The position numbers and the translations under genes are program-made. Shown one piece after another: positions 19,501-28,483 of a stretch of DNA of 64,000 nucleotides (position 1 is the first letter of the stretch; each line of letters begins with the position of its first letter). Below the pieces are notes generated by a model. It was given only the letters and a program-made list of their open reading frames with translations, did no database searches and was not told the origin of the DNA. This stretch comes from Flavobacteriales bacterium. Its GTDB lineage: Bacteria > Bacteroidota > Bacteroidia > Flavobacteriales_F > PHOS-HE28. Location of the stretch: the NCBI GenBank assembly GCA_016705545.1, contig JADIYA010000020.1:15413-79412 (forward strand). The letters are read 5' to 3'.

Positions 19501-20658
19501 TCATGCCCCCTTCAGCACCTGCACTTCCTGCTTGTCCACCACCAGGCGCGCGCCTTGGTCGATGAGCGCGATCCCGCCCTTGAGCGCATCTGATGATTCG
19601 AGCAGCATGTCGCCGCCCTGGGTGCTGAGCACCTTCACGAAGATCTTGCGGCTCCGGGGCGTGCCGTTCTCCTGGTCCAGCGCGAACACATAGCTCTCAC
19701 CGGCGCTGTTCTGCATCACCAGGCGGCTGGGCACCACCATGGCATCGGCCACCATGAGGTCGCGGATGCGCACGTTCAAGAGCTGGTTCGGGCGGAGCTT
19801 GGTGCCGTTGTCCATGCGCAAGGTGGCCTTGAAGCTGCGGTTGGCGGGGTTGATGTACTGCCCCACTTGCGCGATGGTGGCCATGTGCTTTTCGTGGGTC
19901 TCGGGGATATGCACCTCGACGCTGTCGCCCGGTTTCACCTTCGTGAGCAGGTCCTCCGCGAGGTCGCATTCGATGCTGGCCTTCCCGAGTGATACCACCC
20001 GCGCTACGGGCTGCATGGGGTTGGCCATGTCGCCGAGGTTGGGGAAGATCGCGTCCACCACGCCATCGAAGGGAGCGCGCACTTCGGCGCTGCTCACCTG
20101 GTCCATCATCGACTTCACCTGAGCGGCGCTGCTCTCCATGTTGGCCTGGGCCTGCAGGAACTGCACCTCGCTGCCGATCTTCTGCTCCCAGAGGCGTGCT
20201 TGCTTCTCGAACACGGTGCGCGCCAGCTCGGCTTGGGCCTGGGCCTGTCGAACGCCTTCGCGCAGTGCATCCACATCGATATCGACGATGGCCTGGCCTT
20301 GCTTCACGCTCTGGCCCTGCTGCACCAGGATGCGCCGCACCTTGCCGCCGGTGGCGGAGAACACCAGCGCATTCTCGTCAGCGCGCACGCTGCCATGCGC
20401 CTCGGTCCAGTGCGCGAAGGGCTGCGGCTGCAGCGCATAGGTGGTGACCATGGGCAGCGAGCGCTGCATGCCAGGGTCATTGCTGGCGAGCCAGCCTTCG
20501 ACCTCGGCGATGGAGGCGTTGAGCTTCTCGCGCGCGGCTTTCAGCGAGTCGCGCTCGGCGCGCTTCGCAGCAACCTGCGCATCGATGTCGGGAGCGCTGG
20601 AGCCGCACGAGGCGAGCAGGGCGATGGCGGGGACTAGGAGAAGGAGGGAGTGACGCAT
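19501..20658 (-). CDS. efflux RND periplasmic adaptor (membrane-fusion protein), lipoprotein
   Basis: Lipobox LLASCGS, coiled-coil segment, lipoyl-like SATGGKVRRILVQQGQSVKQGQAIVDID and VRAPFDGVV motif. Confidence 0.88.
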   Translation of the reverse strand: MRHSLLLLVPAIALLASCGSSAPDIDAQVAAKRAERDSLKAAREKLNASIAEVEGWLASNDPGMQRSLPMVTTYALQPQPFAHWTEAHGSVRADENALVFSATGGKVRRILVQQGQSVKQGQAIVDIDVDALREGVRQAQAQAELARTVFEKQARLWEQKIGSEVQFLQAQANMESSAAQVKSMMDQVSSAEVRAPFDGVVDAIFPNLGDMANPMQPVARVVSLGKASIECDLAEDLLTKVKPGDSVEVHIPETHEKHMATIAQVGQYINPANRSFKATLRMDNGTKLRPNQLLNVRIRDLMVADAMVVPSRLVMQNSAGESYVFALDQENGTPRSRKIFVKVLSTQGGDMLLESSDALKGGIALIDQGARLVVDKQEVQVLKGA

Positions 20659-20679
20659 GGTCTTGGGTTGGTCGCGTTA

Positions 20680-22008
20680 TCAATAGAGGTCGAGCGCACG
20701 GCGCAGGTCGGCGCGCGTGGTGAGCAATTCGATCAGCCGCTGCACATACTGCTGCTGCGCGGCGAGGCTGTTGCCGCGCTCTTGGGTGAGCTCGAAGCTG
20801 CTGGCGGCACCTTGCCCGAACTTGATGCTGGTGCGCTCGGCGATGCGCTGGGCGAGCAGCAGGTTGCGCTCTTCCGTGCGGTAGTTCTCGAAGGCGGTGC
20901 GGGCCTGGCTGCGCGCGCGCTCCACCTCGGCCAGCAAGCGCTGCTCGGTGGCGGTGCGGTTCACTTCGACCTGCTTCACGGCGATGCTCGCCTGCTTCAC
21001 CTTGTGATGCCTGCTGCCGCTGCTGATCACCGGTACATTCAGCTTCAGGCCCCAAACCGTGGTTGGATAGAATGGATACGTGCCACCGGGGTCGAAGTCG
21101 GGGCCGTTCCACACCTGCTGGTGGCTCAGGAAGCCGCCGAGGCTCGGCAGTTGCTTGCTGCGCTCGTTGCGCATGTTCAGCGTTTGCAGGCGCACCAGGG
21201 TCTCAGCGCCTTGGAGTTCGATATGCTGCGCGGGCTGGAAGGCTTGCTCGCTCAAGGCGGTCTCATCGGGATCGTTCAGCAGTGTTTTCAGATCGTCGGT
21301 GAGCGTGATGGGGGTGCCTTGCGGCGCACCGAGCGTGAGCGCGAGCAGCATGCGCGCCACGCTGGCCTGCTGCTGGAAGCTGTTCTTCAGGCTCGTGGTC
21401 TGATCTAGCTGGATGGTGAGCCGATCCACGTCGGTTTCCTCGAGGAATCCAGCATCGAGCATGGCGCGTGCTTCGCGCAGGCTCTGCTCGATCAGCGGGA
21501 TGCCCTCGGCAGTGATGCGCGCGCCTTCTTCGGCCGCGAGCACGCCGTAGTATGCTTTGGCGGACTGGTTGCGCGCATCGGCACGCGCCTTCTCCAATTC
21601 CTCGCGGCTCTGCTGGGCCAGGGCCTTGGTGGCTTTCAGGCCGATCAGGTAGCTGCCATCGAAGAGCAATTGGCTGAGGGTGGCTCCGGCGCTGGCGTTC
21701 CAGGGCAACCCGAACTGCGCGGCAACGAATTCGGGGCCCTGACCCGGCGTGAAGAAGTTCGGGATCAGCTGCGTGGGCACGTCGATGAAGTTCTGCAGCT
21801 GCACTTCGCCGTTGATCTGCGGAAGGCCGATGGCGGTGATCTCCTTCACGCGGTGCTGCATCTTCTCAGCTTCCAGCGCACTCGCCTGCACGGCGTACGC
21901 CTGCTTCGCGGCCATGTCCATGGCTTCCTTTAGCGAGAGGCTGATGGGGCCTTGGGCTTGCGCGGCGATGGCCGCAGCGGATAAGAGGATGGTGATGGCT
22001 GTTCTCAT
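20680..22008 (-). CDS. TolC-family outer-membrane efflux protein
   Basis: ATG at 22008 gives MRTAITILLSAAAIAAQAQG; two repeated helical/barrel halves; ends ...LTTRADLRRALDLY. The start overlaps the tetR stop (ATGA). Confidence 0.85.
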   Translation of the reverse strand: MRTAITILLSAAAIAAQAQGPISLSLKEAMDMAAKQAYAVQASALEAEKMQHRVKEITAIGLPQINGEVQLQNFIDVPTQLIPNFFTPGQGPEFVAAQFGLPWNASAGATLSQLLFDGSYLIGLKATKALAQQSREELEKARADARNQSAKAYYGVLAAEEGARITAEGIPLIEQSLREARAMLDAGFLEETDVDRLTIQLDQTTSLKNSFQQQASVARMLLALTLGAPQGTPITLTDDLKTLLNDPDETALSEQAFQPAQHIELQGAETLVRLQTLNMRNERSKQLPSLGGFLSHQQVWNGPDFDPGGTYPFYPTTVWGLKLNVPVISSGSRHHKVKQASIAVKQVEVNRTATEQRLLAEVERARSQARTAFENYRTEERNLLLAQRIAERTSIKFGQGAASSFELTQERGNSLAAQQQYVQRLIELLTTRADLRRALDLY

Positions 22009-22622
22009 CAGGCGCGTTCTTTCTTGGCTTTCTTCTCGAGGCAGGCGACGCCCTTCTTGCTGGCGATGCCGCGGATGTGGTACTCGAAGTGCTTCCAGAG
22101 CACGTCGCTCAGGTTGAATCGGTCCGAAGGGAATACACGGCCGTCCCAAGTGGAGTCGATGCGCGCGATGTACAGGCGCGTGATCACCTCCACATCGAGA
22201 TCCTCCCGATAGAGCCCCTCAGCGATGCCTTTGCGCAGGTTGGAGCTCACACAGGTGTACACATCCTCCTGCTCTCGCTGCTCCATGATCTCCCACGCCT
22301 TGGGGTGGTACTTCTGAAGGTCGAACTGCACGCTGGGGTGCATGCTTCCGATCTGTCCCACGATGAACTTGGTGATCTCCTCGTTCTCGTCGATGGCGTT
22401 GAGGCCCCGTTCGCAGATGGCATTGATGGTCTCCCGGTGGAAGCCGCACACCGCGGCCACCGCCTGTTCCACCAGGTCGTTCTTGTCGGTGAAGTGCTCG
22501 TACAGCGTCTTCTTGCTCATGCGCAGCTGCGTGGCCACGTCGTCCATGGTCAGGCTCTTGATGCCCAAGCGCATGAAGAGCTTCAGCGACTGCTCCAGGA
22601 TCTCTTGCTTCTTCGGGTCCAT
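22008..22622 (-). CDS. TetR/AcrR-family transcriptional regulator
   Basis: MDPKKQEILEQSLKLFMRLGIKSLTMDDVATQLRMSKKTLYEHFTDKNDLV is a TetR HTH. First gene of the efflux operon. The ORF track start at 22694 adds an implausible N-terminus. Confidence 0.85.
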   Translation of the reverse strand: MDPKKQEILEQSLKLFMRLGIKSLTMDDVATQLRMSKKTLYEHFTDKNDLVEQAVAAVCGFHRETINAICERGLNAIDENEEITKFIVGQIGSMHPSVQFDLQKYHPKAWEIMEQREQEDVYTCVSSNLRKGIAEGLYREDLDVEVITRLYIARIDSTWDGRVFPSDRFNLSDVLWKHFEYHIRGIASKKGVACLEKKAKKERA

Positions 22623-22676
22623 TCCGGCGGGGTTGGGGAGGCGTTTTCGGAAGGGGGCGCAAACGTAGGGGACGCA

Positions 22677-22705
22677 GGAAACGAAATGCAACATGAATCG
22701 TTTCC
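22677..22705. promoter_or_regulatory. inverted repeat in the tetR/dsbA divergent region (possible TetR operator)
   Basis: GGAAACGA-N13-TCGTTTCC, about 55 nt upstream of the tetR ATG. Confidence 0.25.
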
Positions 22706-22761
22706 GGTGTGATGAACGGTGCTATTGCTGGATGAGCACCCGATCTTTCGGCCCGACCCGC

Positions 22762-23505
22762 ATGCGCGCCGCCACCCTCTCCGTGGTCCTATGGGCCTTG
22801 TCCAGCGCGGCTTCCGCTCAATTCCAACCCATGTCCACCACCCCCATCGGCGCTGATCAACCGCTCACCATCGAGGTGTGGAGCGATGTGGTCTGCCCGT
22901 TCTGCTACATCGGCAAGCGCGAGCTCGAGAGCGCTTTATCCCGTTTCCCGCACCGCGATCAGGTGAAGGTGGTGTGGAAGAGCTTCGAGTTGGATGCCAA
23001 TGCTCCCGACCGCGCCCCGCACGATACCTATGGCATGCTCATGGAACGCTACCGCATCGGCCGGGAAGAAGCCGTGGCGCGTGTGAGCGGTGTTACGCAA
23101 CGCGCCGCCAGCCTTGGGCTGAAGTACGACTACGACAAGGTGATCGTAGGCTCCTCCTTTCAGGCGCACCGGTTGCTGCAATACGCCAAGAGCAAGGGCA
23201 AGGGCGATGCGATGAAAGAGCGGCTCTTCCGCGCCTACTTCACCGAGGGCAAGCACTTGGCCGATAAGCCCACGCTGGTGGCACTGGCGAAAGAGGTGGG
23301 TATCAATGCCGATGAAGTGCGCTACGACCTGGACAACGACGCTTGGGTCCGGGAGGTGCGCGCCGATGAGCAAGAGGCGCGACGGCTCGGGGTGAGCGGC
23401 GTGCCGTTCTTCGTGTTCGACCGGCGCTTCGCGGTGAGCGGGGCGCAATCAAGCGCCGTGTTCCGGCAAGCGCTGGAGAAAGCATGGGAAGTGAGCGGGA
23501 AGTGA
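22762..23505 (+). CDS. DsbA-family thiol oxidoreductase (FrnE-like)
   Basis: Signal peptide MRAATLSVVLWALSSAASAQ; active site WSDVVCPFCYIGK; ...GVSGVPFFVFDRRFAVSGAQ. Confidence 0.85.
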   Translation: MRAATLSVVLWALSSAASAQFQPMSTTPIGADQPLTIEVWSDVVCPFCYIGKRELESALSRFPHRDQVKVVWKSFELDANAPDRAPHDTYGMLMERYRIGREEAVARVSGVTQRAASLGLKYDYDKVIVGSSFQAHRLLQYAKSKGKGDAMKERLFRAYFTEGKHLADKPTLVALAKEVGINADEVRYDLDNDAWVREVRADEQEARRLGVSGVPFFVFDRRFAVSGAQSSAVFRQALEKAWEVSGK

Positions 23506-23523
23506 GCCGCAAGCCAGCAGGAC

Positions 23524-23541
23524 ATACCACGAGCGTGGTAT
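23524..23541 (+). promoter_or_regulatory. palindrome copy a: ATACCAC-GAGC-GTGGTAT
   Basis: Perfect 7-bp inverted repeat with 4-nt spacer, 19 nt after the dsbA stop and 35 nt before the ATG of kinase 1. One of four copies. Confidence 0.55.
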
Positions 23542-23575
23542 TGTGAATCGGAAAGCGCACCTTCACTTTCGCCCG

Positions 23576-25660
23576 ATGCGGATTCCCGTCTTCATAGCCC
23601 TTCTGTCCATTGCAAACGCGCTCATGGGCCAGAACCTGGACAGTTTGCGCAGCGCCTGCGCGGATCGCAGCCTACCGGACTCTGCTCGTTTCGTGGCCTG
23701 CAACGAATTGATCTGGGAAGGCTACCTGTTCAACGCGCCCGATACGGCCTACCTGCTGGCCGAACGCATGGAGTCCGAGGCGCGCGGAAAAGGGAACGAT
23801 AGGTTCGTCGCAGTGGCCATCGATGCGAAGGCCGCCACTTGGTATGTCCGTGGACAATTCGAGTCCGCCCTTGATCTGTATCGGCAATCACTGGCCATTC
23901 ACCGGCGCCTCGGCGACAGAAACCGGCAGGCGGATGTGATGACCAACATGGCCGCCATGCATTCCTTCCTCGGCGCGAAGGACACGGCGCTGGTCCTCTA
24001 TGAACAAGGGCTCCACGTTCATGAGGAGCTCAAGGACTCCGCTTCCATCGCCAACGACCTCAACAGCATCGGCACCATCCACATGATGCGGGGAGACCAC
24101 GCGAGAGCGGTGGACCTGTATTCCCGTAGCCTGAAAATCCAAGAGGCGCTTCGCAATGATCGTGGCTTGGCCACCACCTTCATCAATATCGGCTCCGTGT
24201 ATATGGCTCAAGGCGACTACGGCAAGGCGCTGGAGCAATACGGCAGCGCCTCTGAGCTAGCCGAAAAACTGAATGATGCCCACCTCACCGCCAAGGCCTT
24301 GATCGAAATGGGCACCTGTCACCAGGAGCTCGGTGATCTTGAACGCGCTTTGCGCCACTTCAATCGCAGCCTGGACCTGCGCAACTCACTGGATGACCAG
24401 CATGGCATCGCGACCGCCTTGAACAGGATCGGCGAGGTCCAACGGAGGCAAGGGAGCACCGATGCGGCCATCGCCACTTTCCGGCGGAGCGCCGCGATCG
24501 CCGAGGAACAGGGTTCGCCGTTCAACGGAGGCACAGCATGGGCGGGCATCGGCAACGCGTTCCTGGATGAAAGCCGATATGTCGATGCATTGAATGCCGC
24601 GCAGACTGCGCTTCCGCTCGCTGAAGGAGCAGAGGAGCTATCGCTGCACCGCGATGTGCTCCACCTCACCTACCGTGCGCTGAAGGAGCTCGGTCGGGAG
24701 CGCGAGGCCCTTGCCGTGCTGGAGAAGAGCATCGTGCTCAGCGATAGCTTGATGCGCGAGGAGAACCAGCGAGAGATCCTTCGCCATGAGTACGCCTATG
24801 CTTACGAGCAGCAGGCGATGGCAGACAGCCTTCGCAACCAAGAGGAAAAACTCGCAACAGCTGCTGCCCACCGTGAGCGCCGCAATCTCTTGCTCGGCAG
24901 CGTGGCCATCCTCTTCGTGCTCGGCCTGGCGCTGTTGGGGCGGGTGCGCTACATGGCGCGGGCGAACAAAGCCATTCTGGCAGCCCAGTCCAAGCTGGTG
25001 ATCAGCGAAAGGCAACGCGAAGCAGAGCATGTGCGCAACCGGATCGCGAGCGACATCCACGACGACCTTGGAAGCGACCTGACGAAGCTGAGCCTGCTGG
25101 GCGATGAGATGAGGCGCACGGTAGCCGACCACGCCCATGCCACCGCGAAGCTCGCGAACCGCATCGTGGAGCTCTCACGCGATGCCACCACCGCGCTCAG
25201 CGACATCGTGTGGGCCGCCGATCCCCATCAGGATACCGCCCATGGGCTCATCACGCGGTGCAGCGCCTATACCCACCGCATGCTGGATGGAACGGGCCTG
25301 CAGCAGGACCTCCGGTTCGAGCACACCGGTCCCGACCTCATGCTCGACCCGGGCACCAAGCACGATGTGTTCCTGCTGCTGAAGGAACTGGTGAACAATG
25401 CCGTGAAGCATGCTGGCGCCAAACGCATCGACGTATCGCTCACTACCGATGCGCAGCGCTTCCAATTGGCCGTTGCCGATGATGGCCTTGGCTTCGACCA
25501 CGGCGCCGTGACGCCTGGCAACGGCCTGCGCTCCATCACCAGCCGCGCCAAGCGCATCGGTGCCGCCTTCATCGTGGACACCTCGCCAGGCAAAGGCACC
25601 CGGGTAAGGGTGGATGGTACTTGGGGCCAGGCATCATCGCCCGAGGGTCCTGCTGAATGA
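23576..25660 (+). CDS. TPR-repeat sensor histidine kinase (HisKA_3 / NarX-DesK type)
   Basis: Signal/TM MRIPVFIALLSIANALMGQ; about 9 TPR-like repeats (..ALDLYRQSLAIHRRLGD.., ..AVDLYSRSLKIQEAL..); TM LLLGSVAILFVLGLALLG; H-box RIASDIHDDLGSDLT; ATPase GNGLRSITSRAKRIGAAF. Confidence 0.88.
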   Translation: MRIPVFIALLSIANALMGQNLDSLRSACADRSLPDSARFVACNELIWEGYLFNAPDTAYLLAERMESEARGKGNDRFVAVAIDAKAATWYVRGQFESALDLYRQSLAIHRRLGDRNRQADVMTNMAAMHSFLGAKDTALVLYEQGLHVHEELKDSASIANDLNSIGTIHMMRGDHARAVDLYSRSLKIQEALRNDRGLATTFINIGSVYMAQGDYGKALEQYGSASELAEKLNDAHLTAKALIEMGTCHQELGDLERALRHFNRSLDLRNSLDDQHGIATALNRIGEVQRRQGSTDAAIATFRRSAAIAEEQGSPFNGGTAWAGIGNAFLDESRYVDALNAAQTALPLAEGAEELSLHRDVLHLTYRALKELGREREALAVLEKSIVLSDSLMREENQREILRHEYAYAYEQQAMADSLRNQEEKLATAAAHRERRNLLLGSVAILFVLGLALLGRVRYMARANKAILAAQSKLVISERQREAEHVRNRIASDIHDDLGSDLTKLSLLGDEMRRTVADHAHATAKLANRIVELSRDATTALSDIVWAADPHQDTAHGLITRCSAYTHRMLDGTGLQQDLRFEHTGPDLMLDPGTKHDVFLLLKELVNNAVKHAGAKRIDVSLTTDAQRFQLAVADDGLGFDHGAVTPGNGLRSITSRAKRIGAAFIVDTSPGKGTRVRVDGTWGQASSPEGPAE

Positions 25661-25706
25661 CTGCGGAGGAGATCGGAACCCCAGCACCAAACGCAATCGC
25701 TTCGTC

Positions 25707-27575
25707 ATGGCATATCTCCGAATCCTGCTGTTGGCCCTTGGCTGGGCGTCAATCACGGCAGCCCGCTCCCAGGCAAGCGAAATGGACAGCCTGCAACAAG
25801 TCCTGAAGTCGACCCCCATAACCGGGTCCTTGAAGGACACTACCCTCGCCCGATGGCACACGGAGCTTGCGGCCATGCTGAGCAAAGCAGGTGAACGCGA
25901 CAGCGCAAGCACGCACGCACAAGCGGCCATCGCCATGCTTGTTCCCTTGTCCAAGCGCTTCAATCAAGAACGAAAGGTCCATCATCTCCTTGCGGTCGCC
26001 AATCGGCACGCCGGAAGGCTCCACTACTTCGGGAGCCGATATGCCGAGAGCTTGGAGCATATGCAGGTGGCTCATCGTCATGCACTGCAAGCCATGGACA
26101 CCGTGGAACAGGGTCGCAGTCTTCTCTACATGGCGTATTGCTTCCGGGAGATGAGTGACACACAGCAAGCACTCGACTACACGCGCCGGGCCATCGCGGT
26201 GCTATCGAATACCTCTGCCCGGTCGGATCTTGGAACCTCAATCATGAATCTGGGCGGCATCTACTCCAATCAAGGCGTGCTCGACAGTGCGACGCATTAC
26301 TTCCGTCGGGCGCTGTACGTGTTCCAAGGCATCGAATCCCGATCACAGATCGCAGCCGCCATGCTGAACATGGCCGAAGCCTTCAATAACACCGGCCAAC
26401 ACGACTCCGCGCACTACTACCTGGATTTGGCCGCGCCATTCGCGCCGGCAATGAGCCCTCCGGCCCAAATTCGGTACAGCGGCATGATGGGCAGGTCGCT
26501 GGTCATGCGCAAGCGCTTCACGGAAGGATTGGCGAAGCTGGAGGAGGCTGAGGAGATGGCCGATGGCAATCCATCGGACCTCGCCGTGATCCTGCATGTG
26601 AAAGCGCTCGCCTATGCAGGCTTGCACGACATGCCCGCTGCGATGGCGGCATTGCGCGCGGGTGATGATGCGACGGTCGAGGACCTCGACCTCGAGAAAG
26701 TGCAGGAGGTGACTGCCTTGCGCATGACCTTCGAGCAGGAGCGCGAAGCGGCGCTCGCTCAGGAACGCATCGTCGAGGAGCAGGAGCGTCGTAAGCTCGC
26801 ATACGCCGCGTCGGCACTGCTGGGCATCGCCGTCGTTCTGCTCCTTGCGCTTGCCTGGATGCGCTCCCGATCGGCACGAGCCCTTCGTCTCAAGCATGAA
26901 GAGTTGCTCCGCGCCCAAGAGAAGCTCGTGCAAAGCGAGAAGCGGCGCGAAGCCGAGCAGGTGCGCACGCGGATCGCGCGCGATATCCACGACGACATGG
27001 GCGGTGAATTGACCAAGATCCGCCTGTTCGGAGGTGAGGCCATGCACCTCTTGTGGAGCGATCCCGCACAGGCGGGCGCCGCCGTGGAGCGCATGGCGCG
27101 CTCGGCGCAGCTGGCGAGCGATTCCCTGCGCGACATCGTATGGGCCACTGATCCGCATTATGACACCAAGCAAGGAACATTGGACCATGCGCGCGAACTG
27201 ATCCAGCGCATGCTGGAGGGCAGCGGTCCGCAATACACGATGGACCTGCGGCTCGATGGTCCCGATGGCCCGGTGGACACCGTTTGGAAGCAGAACCTCA
27301 TACGTATCCTCAAAGAAGCGCTGAACAATGCCCTGAAGCATGCGGAGGCTTCACGCATCGCGGTGTCAATAGCGCTTTCCGATGAGGGCTATCGTCTTTC
27401 CGTGCAAGATGATGGCCGCGGCCTTGACTCTTCCGGGTCGGGCGGCGGCAATGGCCTTCGGAACATGCGGGCCAGGGCCGCGAGCATGGGCGCGCGCTTC
27501 GATACGAGCACCCCGCCCGAAGGCGGATGCCGTATCGCGTTGCAAGGCACAGCGTTGGTTCCGGCATACCACTAA
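25707..27575 (+). CDS. second TPR-repeat sensor histidine kinase (HisKA_3 type)
   Basis: MAYLRILLLALGWASITAARSQA; TPR repeats; TM ASALLGIAVVLLLALAW; H-box RIARDIHDDMGGELT; ATPase GNGLRNMRARAASMGARF. Confidence 0.88.
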   Translation: MAYLRILLLALGWASITAARSQASEMDSLQQVLKSTPITGSLKDTTLARWHTELAAMLSKAGERDSASTHAQAAIAMLVPLSKRFNQERKVHHLLAVANRHAGRLHYFGSRYAESLEHMQVAHRHALQAMDTVEQGRSLLYMAYCFREMSDTQQALDYTRRAIAVLSNTSARSDLGTSIMNLGGIYSNQGVLDSATHYFRRALYVFQGIESRSQIAAAMLNMAEAFNNTGQHDSAHYYLDLAAPFAPAMSPPAQIRYSGMMGRSLVMRKRFTEGLAKLEEAEEMADGNPSDLAVILHVKALAYAGLHDMPAAMAALRAGDDATVEDLDLEKVQEVTALRMTFEQEREAALAQERIVEEQERRKLAYAASALLGIAVVLLLALAWMRSRSARALRLKHEELLRAQEKLVQSEKRREAEQVRTRIARDIHDDMGGELTKIRLFGGEAMHLLWSDPAQAGAAVERMARSAQLASDSLRDIVWATDPHYDTKQGTLDHARELIQRMLEGSGPQYTMDLRLDGPDGPVDTVWKQNLIRILKEALNNALKHAEASRIAVSIALSDEGYRLSVQDDGRGLDSSGSGGGNGLRNMRARAASMGARFDTSTPPEGGCRIALQGTALVPAYH

Positions 27576-27583
27576 TGTGGTAT
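27566..27583 (+). promoter_or_regulatory. palindrome copy b: ATACCAC-TAAT-GTGGTAT
   Basis: Perfect inverted repeat. The spacer contains the stop codon of kinase 2. It lies 173 nt upstream of the response-regulator ATG. Confidence 0.55.
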
Positions 27584-27755
27584 TCCACCGAAGGGAGGCG
27601 GCGTGTTGCTTCGGCGTCAACATATCCTTTCCTCCGCATGATGTTCTGTGCGATGGCGATCGCGCCTTCGCCCTGAAGGTCTTGGGCGCTTGCTGGTTCG
27701 GTGCCAACGGTTAGCTTAGGCAGCGATTCCGGATACGTGTGCCCGGACCTTGCGC

Positions 27756-28397
27756 ATGAGCGAATCGAACATCCGTGTCATCATCGTAGAGGACGACACT
27801 GAGATCCGAGATTTGATGCGGCGGTCCTTGGAGCGAGAGGCTGGGCTCCGTGTGGTTGGCTTGTTCGGCGATGCCGAAGGCTTCCTGGAGCGCTTCGAGG
27901 AGCTGGAGCCGGACGTGGTGCTGATGGATATCGGCTTGCCGGACATGAGCGGCATCGAGTGCGTGGCCAAGGCGAAGCCCATGCGCCCGCAGACCCAATT
28001 CCTCATGAGCACGGTCTTCGAGAATCCGGCATTCATCTTCCAGGCCTTGTGCGCCGGTGCAACGGGCTACCTGGTGAAGAATGCCGGACAGGAGCAATTG
28101 GCCATCGCCGTTCGCGAGCTGCACGAGGGCGGCTCCCCCATGTCATCGACCATCGCGCGGCTGGTGGTGGACTCCTTCCAGAACGGCGTGAAGACAAGGA
28201 TCCAGGACCACGCCCTCACGGATCGGGAAAAGGGCATCTTGGACCAATTGGCCCAAGGCCTGATGTACAAGGAGATCGCCGCCAAGACGGGCATCAGCAC
28301 CGAGACCGTGCGCAAGCACGTGCGCAACATCTACGAGAAGCTGCAGGTGGGCTCCCGCATGGAGGCCATCCGGAAGGTGTACCCCAACGGCTACTGA
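27756..28397 (+). CDS. NarL/LuxR-family response regulator
   Basis: Receiver IRVIIVEDD...DVVLMDIGLPDMSGIE...; LuxR HTH LTDREKGILDQLAQGLMYKEIAAKTGISTETVRKHVRNIYEKLQV. Confidence 0.92.
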   Translation: MSESNIRVIIVEDDTEIRDLMRRSLEREAGLRVVGLFGDAEGFLERFEELEPDVVLMDIGLPDMSGIECVAKAKPMRPQTQFLMSTVFENPAFIFQALCAGATGYLVKNAGQEQLAIAVRELHEGGSPMSSTIARLVVDSFQNGVKTRIQDHALTDREKGILDQLAQGLMYKEIAAKTGISTETVRKHVRNIYEKLQVGSRMEAIRKVYPNGY

Positions 28398-28404
28398 GTG
28401 TGCC

Positions 28405-28422
28405 CTACTACTGACGTGGTAT
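28405..28422 (+). promoter_or_regulatory. palindrome copy c: CTACTAC-TGAC-GTGGTAT
   Basis: 8 nt after the regulator stop and about 60 nt before the ATG of the barrel gene. The left arm differs from the consensus at two positions; one change is a C-to-T that keeps G-U pairing in RNA. Confidence 0.5.
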
Positions 28423-28483
28423 TTCCCGGGCAATCGTACGCCGGTTGCTTTGGCCGTCAGCATGCCCACGCATGCGATGGCAT

